Shown here: positions 46,609 through 55,402 of the stretch, in pieces
How the letters are laid out: each line of letters begins with the position of its first letter
Position numbering within the stretch: position 1 is the first letter of the stretch
Source: Candidatus Saccharibacteria bacterium UBA5170
GTDB taxonomy: Bacteria > Patescibacteriota > Saccharimonadia > Saccharimonadales > Saccharimonadaceae
NCBI GenBank assembly: GCA_002413425.1
Contig: DHWY01000003.1
Span: 17,693-81,692 of the forward strand
Direction: 5' to 3'
Length of the DNA: 64,000 nt
Translations under genes and position numbers: made by a program
Notes under the pieces: model-generated
What the model was told of the DNA's origin: nothing
Database searches by the model: none
The model's input: the letters and a program-made list of their open reading frames with translations, nothing else

Positions 46609-47415
46609 ATGAATACACTCCTTTCAATGGCCACCATCGCCCGCGAAGCCGGTCAATTTATGCTCGGTTCACTCGAGACCGAAAGCACCGACAAATCCAA
46701 TACCAAAGATTTCGTGACCGTCGCCGACATCAAGTCGCAAGCTATTTTACGCGACAGGTTGCTCGAAATTGAGCCAACCGCCGTGGTCTTGTCGGAAGAG
46801 GACCCGGAGGAAGAGCGCGCCGCGATGTACGCAACTGATTTTACCGGCTATGTACTCGACCCAATCGATGGGACGTATAACTTCAAGCGGGGTATGAAGG
46901 AATCGGCTATTTCGATTGGCTATATCGAGAATGGCTTACCGATCAGAGGCGTTATTTACGACTCATACAAGGACGAGATGTATACGGCCGAAAAAGGGAT
47001 GGGTGCATTTCGAAACGGTGAAGCCATTCACGTCAGCTCGCAGAGTGAAGTCGCCGGTGCCAGCGTCGCAATTAGCAATGGCTACAACGACGCGGCGTTG
47101 GCGGCTAACTTGCACCGCCACCTTCAAATCTATGAGCAAACGGGCGTGTTGCCATGGACGAGCTGTCCGGGTAGTGCGGTATTGGTCATGGCCTGGATTG
47201 CCTGTGGACGAATCGATGCACTTCACCACAATGGACTAAAACCATGGGATAACGCCGCCGCGTTCTTACTGGTTACCGAAGCTGGTGGCGAGTTCTGCAA
47301 ACTCGACGGCACGCCGGCTAAGTTTACGGAAAACGCCGTGATTATCGGCAATCCCGCGATTGTGGCAGTTTTGAAAGAAATTTTTGCTACGATTGACCCA
47401 ATCTTGCTGACCTAG
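46609..47415 (+). CDS. Inositol monophosphatase family protein
   Basis: VLSEEDPEE, LDPIDGTYNF and WDNAAA motifs of the IMPase/SuhB family. Confidence 0.88.
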   Translation: MNTLLSMATIAREAGQFMLGSLETESTDKSNTKDFVTVADIKSQAILRDRLLEIEPTAVVLSEEDPEEERAAMYATDFTGYVLDPIDGTYNFKRGMKESAISIGYIENGLPIRGVIYDSYKDEMYTAEKGMGAFRNGEAIHVSSQSEVAGASVAISNGYNDAALAANLHRHLQIYEQTGVLPWTSCPGSAVLVMAWIACGRIDALHHNGLKPWDNAAAFLLVTEAGGEFCKLDGTPAKFTENAVIIGNPAIVAVLKEIFATIDPILLT

Positions 47416-47473
47416 ACCAGAATCACAATTAGAAGCGCCCGGCTTGCAGGCCAAGGTAATGCTGTTCTCATAC

Positions 47474-47515
47474 TTGACACACTTTTCATACTAGCCGTAT
47501 AATCAATAGTTGATT
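47474..47515 (+). promoter_or_regulatory. Promoter plus palindromic candidate operator of the AbrB-like/MFS operon
   Basis: TTGACA (47474-47479), 18-nt spacer, TATAAT (47498-47503), immediately followed by the palindrome ATCAATAGTTGAT. Confidence 0.55.
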
Positions 47516-47538
47516 GTATAAAAGGAAAGGCTTGTAGT

Positions 47539-47778
47539 ATGCACGGAAAAAAGCTCTATGGTACCGCGACGGTTGGTACAAAAGGTCAGATAGTTATTCC
47601 GGCCGATGCCCGGGAAGAACTTAATATTCATGCTGGTGACAGGTTCTATGTCGTCGGTTCGCCTCGCAAAGGGGTGATTGGACTGTTAAAAGAAGATACG
47701 CTAGAACATTTTATTGAACAAACTAACCTCCAACTAGAAAATTTTAAAGCTATAAAAAATACGAGAGAAAAAAACTAA
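47539..47778 (+). CDS. AbrB/MazE/SpoVT-family DNA-binding protein
   Basis: 79 aa. TVGTKGQIVIPADAREELNIHAGDRFYVV is the swapped-hairpin barrel signature. Confidence 0.8.
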   Translation: MHGKKLYGTATVGTKGQIVIPADAREELNIHAGDRFYVVGSPRKGVIGLLKEDTLEHFIEQTNLQLENFKAIKNTREKN

Positions 47779-47783
47779 CAAAT

Positions 47784-49472
47784 ATGCACCATCATCTTAC
47801 TTTACGTAGCAAATTAATAATCATGATATCAGTTATGGCGAGCCTGTTTTTAGTGGCGCTTGACCAGACAATTATCGCTACCGCCCTTGGCAAGATTGTC
47901 GAACAGTTTAACGCCTTTGATTCACTCAGCTGGGTTGTGACGGCTTACCTGGTGACGACGACCATCACGGTGCCGATTGCTGGAAAACTGTCTGACCTAT
48001 TTGGTCGTCGTATCATGCTGCTGATTGGTGTGGCCGTCTTTACTATTGGTTCACTTTCGAGTGGTATGAGCGGTAATATTACCGAGTTGATTCTCTGGCG
48101 TGCCTTGCAGGGTATCGGTGGTGGTATCATTACAGCCAACGCCTTTACGATTGTTGGTGACTTGTTCGCCGCTAGGGAGCGCGGCAAGTGGCAGGGACTG
48201 ATCGGTGCTGTTTTTGGTCTCAGTTCGGTTGTTGGACCGCTGTTAGGTGGCTGGTTAACTGACGGCCAACATATCGTCGGACTTGTTACCGACTGGCGTT
48301 GGGCTTTCTTTATCAACGTGCCGGTTGGCGTTGTTGCCTTTATCCTCATTTCGATGTACTCACCGACCTTCCGGCATGCGACTAAACCATCGATTGACTA
48401 TCTGGGGGCTTCTATTCTGGCGCTGGCGCTGGGTACGTTGATATTTGCCGTCGACAATACCGAGACTATCTTTGCCAGCTTCTTAAGCTCGACAGGTATG
48501 ACAGTCGGAACCTTAAAAGCGATGATGTTTGGATTTGTGGCCATCCTCGTGGTCCTGTTCGTGTTGGTTGAAAGAAAGGCCAAACAGCCAATCCTGCCAC
48601 CACTCTTCTTCAAGAATCGGAATTTCGTGCTCATTATGAGCGTTGCCATGTTATTTGGATCTGCCTTTATGGGTTCGATTCTGTATCTGACCCAGTTTAA
48701 TCAACAAGTCTTTGGGGCAACACCGACCCAGTCTGGACTGATGCTGTTGCCAATGGTGGGGGGTATTATGGTATCGAGCATTGGGGCTGGCCAAATTATT
48801 TCACGGATTGGTCGCTATAAGATTTTTATGCAAGTCGGTTTTGTCGTGGCGACAATTGCCATGTTTTTCTTATCAACCCTGACACCAGAAAGTGGCTTTG
48901 GCTATGAAGCGATGATAATGATAGCCCTTGGCCTGGGGATGGGTGTTGCCATGCCGGTCATTAACCTGGCTGTCCAGAATGAGTTTGAGCAGAGTGAATT
49001 GGGCGCGGCGACGAGTTCCAGCCAGTTATTCCGTAGCCTCGGTTCTACCATCGGTATTGCGGTGTTTGGTGCGATGTTAACGTCCGGTATTGTGGCGCAT
49101 CTTGGCGATGTTCAGCAAAGCGCTTATCTGCAGACGTTAAAGAAAAATCCTGCGGTTTCAAAAATAGGTGACCTGAACGACGCCAATACTATCTTGAGCC
49201 TCAATATGCCGGACGCGAAGGGCTTGATAACCAGTTCGGCGCAAAAAAGTTTTGCCCAAATACATGAACCTGTTCGGACGAGCGTAACAAAGGAGTTTAA
49301 GGCCCAGCAAGATCAGTTCGCCGATACTGTGACGCATGCCTTTAGCGCGAGTTTGCAGCGTATTTTTTTGGTGGCAGCGGGGCTCATGATAACGGCCACA
49401 ATAGGGGTTTTTGCGCTGAAGGAAAGGCCACTCAGAAGCGCGAAACCGACCGAAACCCCTGGTGAGATGTAA
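47784..49472 (+). CDS. MFS transporter, DHA2 (14-TMS, EmrB/QacA-like) drug:H+ antiporter family
   Basis: 562 aa. LDQTIIATAL, GKLSDLFGRR and LWRALQGIGGG motifs. About 14 TM segments. Confidence 0.88.
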   Translation: MHHHLTLRSKLIIMISVMASLFLVALDQTIIATALGKIVEQFNAFDSLSWVVTAYLVTTTITVPIAGKLSDLFGRRIMLLIGVAVFTIGSLSSGMSGNITELILWRALQGIGGGIITANAFTIVGDLFAARERGKWQGLIGAVFGLSSVVGPLLGGWLTDGQHIVGLVTDWRWAFFINVPVGVVAFILISMYSPTFRHATKPSIDYLGASILALALGTLIFAVDNTETIFASFLSSTGMTVGTLKAMMFGFVAILVVLFVLVERKAKQPILPPLFFKNRNFVLIMSVAMLFGSAFMGSILYLTQFNQQVFGATPTQSGLMLLPMVGGIMVSSIGAGQIISRIGRYKIFMQVGFVVATIAMFFLSTLTPESGFGYEAMIMIALGLGMGVAMPVINLAVQNEFEQSELGAATSSSQLFRSLGSTIGIAVFGAMLTSGIVAHLGDVQQSAYLQTLKKNPAVSKIGDLNDANTILSLNMPDAKGLITSSAQKSFAQIHEPVRTSVTKEFKAQQDQFADTVTHAFSASLQRIFLVAAGLMITATIGVFALKERPLRSAKPTETPGEM

Positions 49473-49726
49473 CTAGACTGACGGTGCTGACCACGTCGCA
49501 TTTTAGCCTGAACATTGTACTTTTTACAATTTACCTACTTTATGGATAAATACACTTGCGCCAGCGCCGAAAGTGTTCTAAGATATAACCAATAGCGTTA
49601 TAGATATAGCGCACTCTTGACGTGCAGGTGTCTGTTTGGTAGTATAAATGATGTGCCTTGCGCCAAACTACATTTTTAAAGGTCGAAGCGCGTGGGGTTG
49701 TACATAGTACAAGGAGTATAAATCAC

Positions 49727-49819
49727 ATGCCAATAGCCATCGAATTTGTGTCGTCTCGACGCAAAAAGATAGCCGTGGATGTGGTGCCTGCCGAATGGCA
49801 ACTGTATATTGCACAGTAG
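49727..49819 (+). CDS. Possible 30-codon ORF inside an orphan promoter-to-terminator unit
   Basis: AAGGAG 9-10 nt upstream of the ATG. MPIAIEFVSSRRKKIAVDVVPAEWQLYIAQ*. No homology evidence, so the transcript may instead be a small RNA. Confidence 0.3.
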   Translation: MPIAIEFVSSRRKKIAVDVVPAEWQLYIAQ

Positions 49820-49870
49820 AGTCGTTTGACTCAAAATCCAAGTCTCATCACGAGACTTACAAAAACAAGG

Positions 49871-49906
49871 AAACACCCCAAGGCACCGGGGTGTTTTTGC
49901 TTTTTT
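49871..49906. terminator. Bidirectional intrinsic terminator
   Basis: AAACACCCC / GGGGTGTTT stem followed by TTGCTTTTTT. A-run on the other side serves the convergent DsbA-like gene. Confidence 0.65.
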
Positions 49907-49915
49907 CAGAACTAG

Positions 49916-50641
49916 CTACTTGGTGGTTGCTGGTGGGGTAGTACTGACTTTCTTGAGATCAGCATCGAGCAGCGTGCGGAGCTTATCGCCATTACCGCTT
50001 TGGACATCTTGAACAACATCGCCACTGACCTTGACTCCGTTGAGGAAGAAAGTAGGGGTTGAGTTGACGCCTATTTTTTCACCGATCGCTTGGTCGAATG
50101 AGATCTTCTGCGTGACGGAGCTGTCGGCGAGGCCGGCTTTGAACTTTGTCTCGTCGAGCCCCAGTGTTTTTGCGTAGCTGACGAACATATCGGTTCTGGC
50201 TGTCCCTGTTAGGGTTGACCATTCGGTTTGATTGGCGTAGACCTGATTGAACATTTCCCAATACTTACCCTGGAGGCCAGCTGCCTCGACGGTGGCGGCA
50301 GCAGCCTTGGCGTTCGGGTGGGTGGTGGCTGGGAGGGGGAAATTACGAAAAACAAAGGCAATCGTATCCTTGTATTCCTCGGTTATTTTTTTGATACCAG
50401 GGAAGGCGCTGCCGCAGGCAGGACACTGGAAGTCGCCGTATTCGACAAAGACGACTTTGCTGTCGGCCTTACCAAAAACATGTTCGGCAATATTACCATT
50501 TGCGGCTGAGGCTGGCTGAAGGCTGTTTGCATCGATAGAGCTTACGTCGATTTGGGGTCGGGCGTTGCGTGACGATACGGCAAGGACCGTCAAGAGTCCG
50601 ACAACAATAACTACAAATATAATCCACGTTTTTTTACTCAC
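49916..50641 (-). CDS. DsbA-family thiol:disulfide oxidoreductase, membrane anchored
   Basis: 241 aa. GTG start with GAGGAG SD. N-terminal TM. CPACG active site in a thioredoxin-like fold. Confidence 0.85.
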   Translation of the reverse strand: MSKKTWIIFVVIVVGLLTVLAVSSRNARPQIDVSSIDANSLQPASAANGNIAEHVFGKADSKVVFVEYGDFQCPACGSAFPGIKKITEEYKDTIAFVFRNFPLPATTHPNAKAAAATVEAAGLQGKYWEMFNQVYANQTEWSTLTGTARTDMFVSYAKTLGLDETKFKAGLADSSVTQKISFDQAIGEKIGVNSTPTFFLNGVKVSGDVVQDVQSGNGDKLRTLLDADLKKVSTTPPATTK

Positions 50642-50698
50642 CTATTTACTCCTCATTATTACTATAGTAATTGTAGCAAATAATCGTGCTAGCTCACA

Positions 50699-51745
50699 AT
50701 GCAACTGATGTACAATGGACCTATAATGTTTACGTCCCTCGTTGTAATAACTACCGTTGTTTTTCTGCTATTGCTTATTATATCCGGAATACGGCCGTCT
50801 CGAACTCCACTGAGCTCCTTTGAACTTGAGCGCCGCGATCAGGCTGGCGATAGTCAGGCGAAGGCCGCCTTGCGCCGCGATCAGCTCATTCCTGATGTCA
50901 TTTCCCTGCAACGCGTCATTAGTGCCCTTTTGCTGGTCGTGGCGGTCCTACTGAGCGTAGCGACGTTTGGTTGGCTTGTTGGCACGCTGGTTGGCCTGGT
51001 TGTTGCCCTCGAATATGGAGCCATCGCTCGTCTGGCGATTATCCAGCGACGATTTCAACGATTATATGAACGCTTCGAGCCTCCTTTGCTGGCTATTATT
51101 CCCAAGCACCCGTACATCTTTAAGTTACTTCGAAGTGTCCCCCAAGAGACTCAGGACGTTTTTCGGAGTATTGATTCACGCCAAGAGCTGCAGCATCTCG
51201 TTTCCCAATCAGGCGCAATTCTGTCCCCAGACGAAAAGAAATTGATTGTTCATAGCCTCTCTTTTAGCGATCAGCTGGTCAGTACTATCATGACACCGCG
51301 CAGTATGATTGATAGCATTAAAAAATCAGAGTTTCTGGGTCCCTTGACACTCGATGAGCTGCACAAGACGGGCCATAGTCGGTTGCCAGTTATTAACGGT
51401 GACATCGATCACATTATCGGTATGCTCCAGTTGCAAAGTTTGCTGGCGCTTGATATCAAACGCTCGATGACGGCCGAGAAAGCGATGGAGCCACGCGTAT
51501 TTTATATTCGCGAGGACCAAACGTTGCAGCACGCTCTGGCGGCCTTTTTACGTACTCATCATCATTTGTTTGTGGTGGTCAATGAATTTCGCGAGACGGT
51601 CGGGTTGTTGGCGCTTGAAGACGTCATTGAAGCATTGCTTGGCCGTAAAATTATTGATGAATTCGACGCTCACGACGATCTGCGAACCGTCGCGTTGCGT
51701 AACCCACGTGGCAATAACCACCCCGAAAAACGCGAAGACGTCTAG
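50699..51745 (+). CDS. Membrane protein with CBS-domain pair (CNNM/DUF21-like)
   Basis: N-terminal TM helices, then tandem CBS region (IMTPRSMIDSI...GHSRLPV...HHHLFVVVNEFRETVGLLALEDVIEALLG). Start uncertain (ATG 50699, 50708 or 50726). Confidence 0.75.
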   Translation: MQLMYNGPIMFTSLVVITTVVFLLLLIISGIRPSRTPLSSFELERRDQAGDSQAKAALRRDQLIPDVISLQRVISALLLVVAVLLSVATFGWLVGTLVGLVVALEYGAIARLAIIQRRFQRLYERFEPPLLAIIPKHPYIFKLLRSVPQETQDVFRSIDSRQELQHLVSQSGAILSPDEKKLIVHSLSFSDQLVSTIMTPRSMIDSIKKSEFLGPLTLDELHKTGHSRLPVINGDIDHIIGMLQLQSLLALDIKRSMTAEKAMEPRVFYIREDQTLQHALAAFLRTHHHLFVVVNEFRETVGLLALEDVIEALLGRKIIDEFDAHDDLRTVALRNPRGNNHPEKREDV

Positions 51746-51781
51746 CCTTATAGGGGTGGCAGTGGTACACTAAAAGTAATT

Positions 51782-53095
51782 ATGACAAGAACATTAGTCC
51801 GAGAAGTAGCAAGCAAAACTGGCGAAATAATTACTGTTCGCGGTTGGCTCCACAAGAAACGTTTACTCGGTGGCCTCAACTTTATTACCATCAGGGACCG
51901 TAGCGGTCTCGTCCAAACGTTAATTGACGACAAAGACGAGCTTGAAAAGCTGCGTGGTATGCAGACCGGCACCGTTCTGGCGCTGACCGGGACGGTTGTG
52001 GCTGATGAGCGCGCGCCAGGTGGTGCCGAGCTTCACGAGGTGAAAGTCGAAGTTGAAGTACCAGTGACCGAAGAATCACCGATTGAAATCGATAAACCAC
52101 TTGCGCATAAGCCTGAAAATCTAGATACGTTGTTTGATAATCGTGTTATTGGACTTCGTAACCTACAAGAACGTGCCGTCTTCGATATCCAGGCTACCAT
52201 TTGTCGGACACTTCGTAGTCACTTCGACGCACACGGTTTTACAGAGATGCATACGCCAAAACTTCTCGCTGAAGCCACTGAGGGTGGAGCTGAAGTTTTC
52301 ACAATGGACTATTTTGGAAAAACCGCCACGCTGGCTCAAAGTCCTCAGTTTTACAAGCAAATGATGGTGGGTGTTTTTGAGCGTGTTTATGAAATCGGAC
52401 CAGTTTATCGAGCAGAACTAAGTGCTACAACTCGCCATATGACAGAGTACACATCGATTGACGGTGAGATGGGTTTTATTACGCTCGACGATCTTATGAA
52501 ATTTTTGAGCGGACTCTTGGGCGAAGTTGTCGAGACGGTATGGCAGGCGCATGAGATTGAGCTAAAACGCTGGAATGCCACAAAACCTGTTCTTACAGCC
52601 GATATTCCAGTCATACCAATGTCGGAAATTCACGAACGATACAGTAAAGCCACTAATGAAAATAGTGTCGGAGAGAAAGATTTGCGTCCTGACGAAGAGC
52701 GTTGGATTTGTGAATATGCTAAAAAAAATCTAGGTTCTGAGGCAGTGTTTGTGAGCGAGTGGCCAGCCAGTGAAATGAAGTTCTACCACAAGGCAAACGA
52801 ACAGAATCCAGAGATTGCTGACCGTGTCGATCTGCTGTTCCGAGGTGTTGAGATTACGACTGGCAGTATGCGCGAGAACCGTTACGAAAAAGTTGTCGAG
52901 CAATTGAAGAAACTTACTGGAGCTGATTCAGATGATTCTGGCTTCCAGCCGCTACTCAGTGCCATGAAGTATGGCATGCCAGTGCATGGTGGTTTTGGTA
53001 TGGGGCTTGAACGAGTTACTCAGAAAATTGTCGGCTTCAACAACGTCAAAGAAGCCACCCTCTTTCCACGTGATATTAATCGCTTAACACCTTAG
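51782..53095 (+). CDS. aspS: Aspartate--tRNA ligase, archaeal/eukaryotic type (class IIb)
   Basis: 437 aa. N-terminal OB fold. QSPQFYKQMM, GPVYRAE (motif 2) and GGFGMGLERV (motif 3). Confidence 0.88.
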   Translation: MTRTLVREVASKTGEIITVRGWLHKKRLLGGLNFITIRDRSGLVQTLIDDKDELEKLRGMQTGTVLALTGTVVADERAPGGAELHEVKVEVEVPVTEESPIEIDKPLAHKPENLDTLFDNRVIGLRNLQERAVFDIQATICRTLRSHFDAHGFTEMHTPKLLAEATEGGAEVFTMDYFGKTATLAQSPQFYKQMMVGVFERVYEIGPVYRAELSATTRHMTEYTSIDGEMGFITLDDLMKFLSGLLGEVVETVWQAHEIELKRWNATKPVLTADIPVIPMSEIHERYSKATNENSVGEKDLRPDEERWICEYAKKNLGSEAVFVSEWPASEMKFYHKANEQNPEIADRVDLLFRGVEITTGSMRENRYEKVVEQLKKLTGADSDDSGFQPLLSAMKYGMPVHGGFGMGLERVTQKIVGFNNVKEATLFPRDINRLTP

Positions 53096-53105
53096 GAAAT
53101 TTAGT

Positions 53106-53564
53106 ATGGACGACACAAACATCGCAAATGCGCCTACTGCCACACCGCTCCCACCAACGGGTATCATTGTTCATAAGCAACGTCATTTCCTGGCTGTATT
53201 TTTCTTAAGCTTTATGTGGGGGGCGTTTGGAGTCGATCGATTCTATTTAGGTAAAGTCTGGACGGGGATTTTAAAATTACTGACGTTTGGCGGGTTAGGA
53301 TTGTGGATTATTATTGACCTCGTGCTAATTATGTCCGGTGGCATGCGCGACAAACAAGGCAACGAGATGCTCGAGGCAGCGCGCTACAAAAAATTTGCCA
53401 GTAATACCGTCTTAATCTCGGCTTTAGTACTGGGCGCCGTCATTCTGCTTTTCGGTATATCATTGATTTATACGTTAACGCAACTACTACAAGGTGGTGG
53501 ACTTGAGAAGCTTATTCCAACCGGCACGCAGTTACCGAGTGCTGACCAGCTTCAGAACCTATAG
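53106..53564 (+). CDS. TM2 domain-containing membrane protein
   Basis: FGVDRFYLGKVWTGILKLLTFGGLGLWIIIDLV is the TM2 signature. Confidence 0.8.
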   Translation: MDDTNIANAPTATPLPPTGIIVHKQRHFLAVFFLSFMWGAFGVDRFYLGKVWTGILKLLTFGGLGLWIIIDLVLIMSGGMRDKQGNEMLEAARYKKFASNTVLISALVLGAVILLFGISLIYTLTQLLQGGGLEKLIPTGTQLPSADQLQNL

Positions 53565-54203
53565 TGCGGGTTTGCTGTCAATTGAATGCCAAACGTACCA
53601 ACTAGCAATTGACTCGTAAGGATGCCAGTTATTATCACCCGCAATTCGTTCGATGTCGCCAATCGTCGGCACGTTCGCCATTCCATAGAGCCTTTGAATA
53701 CCGTTTTTTATACCTAAATCACCACTCGGTAATACGTCCAGCCGTCCCATACAAAATATTAAAAACATATGGACGGTCCACGAACCAACACCTTTTATCT
53801 GAATCAGTTCAGCGGTAACGGCGTCGTTCGACAAGCTGTCGAGATGATTAAAGCGAACCGTCCCGTCGAGTACTTTCCTGGCGATATCTTGAATATAGCT
53901 AGCTTTTTGGCGCGATAAGCCAGCCGTTCGCAGCCCATCGATATCTTTTTCAAGAATCTGATCCGGTGTCGGGAAGTCACTGCCCCTAAACAGCCCAACG
54001 AATCGCTTTAAGATAGTTGCCGCTGCTTTAACGCTCAGTTGTTGAGAAATAATGCTTTCAACAAGCTCTTGGTAGTAGTTTTTATGGGGTGTAATTGTTG
54101 CAATGCCTGCAGCCTCTATTATGGGCGCCAAGACGGGGTCGTAGCTCGACAAGTGTTTGGCAGCCAGACTAAGAGTTTTTGGGGTAGCGACTTCAAATAC
54201 CAT
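53559..54203 (-). CDS. DNA-3-methyladenine glycosylase II-like (HhH-GPD family)
   Basis: 214 aa. IISQQLSVKAA, helix-hairpin-helix IKGVGSWTVHMF, and catalytic-region D in LPSGDLG. Confidence 0.8.
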   Translation of the reverse strand: MVFEVATPKTLSLAAKHLSSYDPVLAPIIEAAGIATITPHKNYYQELVESIISQQLSVKAAATILKRFVGLFRGSDFPTPDQILEKDIDGLRTAGLSRQKASYIQDIARKVLDGTVRFNHLDSLSNDAVTAELIQIKGVGSWTVHMFLIFCMGRLDVLPSGDLGIKNGIQRLYGMANVPTIGDIERIAGDNNWHPYESIASWYVWHSIDSKPAL

Positions 54204-54209
54204 ATTGCC

Positions 54210-54842
54210 TTAGACTGTAATTGACAGGCCGTCGATTCGTTTATATTCGGCACCAACTTTTTTGGCGATTGTTGGCAGTAGGTAATCAGGGAGGGATTTA
54301 CCAATGTCCGATAGCACGGCGTCATGAGTCGGGAAGGCGAGTAGCGGTTTAGTAGCGGTCAGAAAATCCATCGCTTCACTCAGCTTGAGCCACGGGGCTC
54401 CCACAGGGAGCGCTAGGACGTCGACTGGTGTATTTGGTAGCGTGAATGAGTCTCCTGGATAATAGACCGTATCGTTAATCAGGACGCCAAGGTTATCAAT
54501 CAACGGTATGGTGGCGTGGATGAGGGCATGTTTGCCACCAAAGAACTTGAGTACAAAAGGTCCTATTTCTAGTTTGTCACCCGGACGAACGGCTGATGAT
54601 TTGTGGTCGGGCATTTTCTCGACAACGCTCGAAAGCGATACCAAGACTGCATTCGGATTCTTATCAAAAATTGCCTCCAATGTGGCGGGCTCGAAATGAT
54701 CAGTGTGTTCATGTGTTACAACAATCACCGCGATATTGTTGGTGACGACGAAATTTTTAGAGAAGGTACCGGGATCGACAACTAGCACTTCACCAGCGGT
54801 CTCGAGCGTAAAACAAGCGTGTTCATATTTAGTTAGTTTCAT
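54210..54842 (-). CDS. MBL-fold metallo-hydrolase
   Basis: VVTHEHTDHF (HxHxDH) motif. 210 aa. Confidence 0.8.
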   Translation of the reverse strand: MKLTKYEHACFTLETAGEVLVVDPGTFSKNFVVTNNIAVIVVTHEHTDHFEPATLEAIFDKNPNAVLVSLSSVVEKMPDHKSSAVRPGDKLEIGPFVLKFFGGKHALIHATIPLIDNLGVLINDTVYYPGDSFTLPNTPVDVLALPVGAPWLKLSEAMDFLTATKPLLAFPTHDAVLSDIGKSLPDYLLPTIAKKVGAEYKRIDGLSITV

Positions 54843-55372
54843 ACCTCAACCTCCTTAAACCACTGCGTATAGGTGGCTCGCGCTTTAATAATTTTTGGCA
54901 GGATAATGATTGAACAATAGCTATTTCCTGGATTTTTATCAAAGTAATCTTGATGTTCGTCTTCGGCCGGATAGAATTCATTAAGGGGAGACAGCTCAGT
55001 GACAATGTTATTACCCCAGTGACTTTTGGCTCGCTGAAGCGCGGCCGCAAATTCTGCTTCTTGGGCTTGGTCGTTGTAGAACATCGCCGACCGATACTCC
55101 GTGCCCTCGTCGGCCCCCTGCCGGTTAAGGGTCGTCGGGTCGTGAACCAGAAAGAAAATATCGAGAATAACCTCTTTTGGGATGACTGTCTCGTCAAAAG
55201 TAACCCGTACAGCCTCAGCGTGTCCGGTGTTGCCTGAGGTAACTTGATAGTAGATTGGCTCGTCGCCGTAGCCGCCTGTATAGCCGGAGACAACGTCAAC
55301 GACGCCTTGCAGTCGCCGATATAGGGCGTCTAGGCACCAGAAGCATCCTCCTGCTAGTACGTATGTTGCCAT
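54839..55372 (-). CDS. msrA: Peptide-methionine (S)-S-oxide reductase
   Basis: Start set at MATYVLAGGCFWC (GCFWC active site). 177 aa. The track's longer form adds 22 unsupported residues. Confidence 0.92.
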   Translation of the reverse strand: MATYVLAGGCFWCLDALYRRLQGVVDVVSGYTGGYGDEPIYYQVTSGNTGHAEAVRVTFDETVIPKEVILDIFFLVHDPTTLNRQGADEGTEYRSAMFYNDQAQEAEFAAALQRAKSHWGNNIVTELSPLNEFYPAEDEHQDYFDKNPGNSYCSIIILPKIIKARATYTQWFKEVEV

Positions 55373-55378
55373 AGTTTT

Positions 55379-55396
55379 ATTATACGCCGTTATACT
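55379..55396. promoter_or_regulatory. Back-to-back -10 boxes for divergent leaderless msrA and mutY-like genes
   Basis: The minus strand carries TATAAT (55384-55379) 6 nt before the msrA ATG (55372). The plus strand carries TATACT (55391-55396) 6 nt before GTG 55403. The whole intergenic gap is 30 bp. Confidence 0.5.
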
Positions 55397-55402
55397 AGAG
55401 AG

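Noticed and set aside
49676-49876. Track ORF of 66 aa on the minus strand in the MFS/DsbA intergenic region.
   Set aside because: It has no SD, a Cys/His/aromatic-rich improbable composition, and lies antisense to a unit that has a clear promoter, SD and terminator on the plus strand.
54829-55299. 156-aa ORF overlapping msrA in another frame.
   Set aside because: msrA in the other frame has the diagnostic GCFWC motif and full-length family similarity. The overlapping ORF is low complexity.
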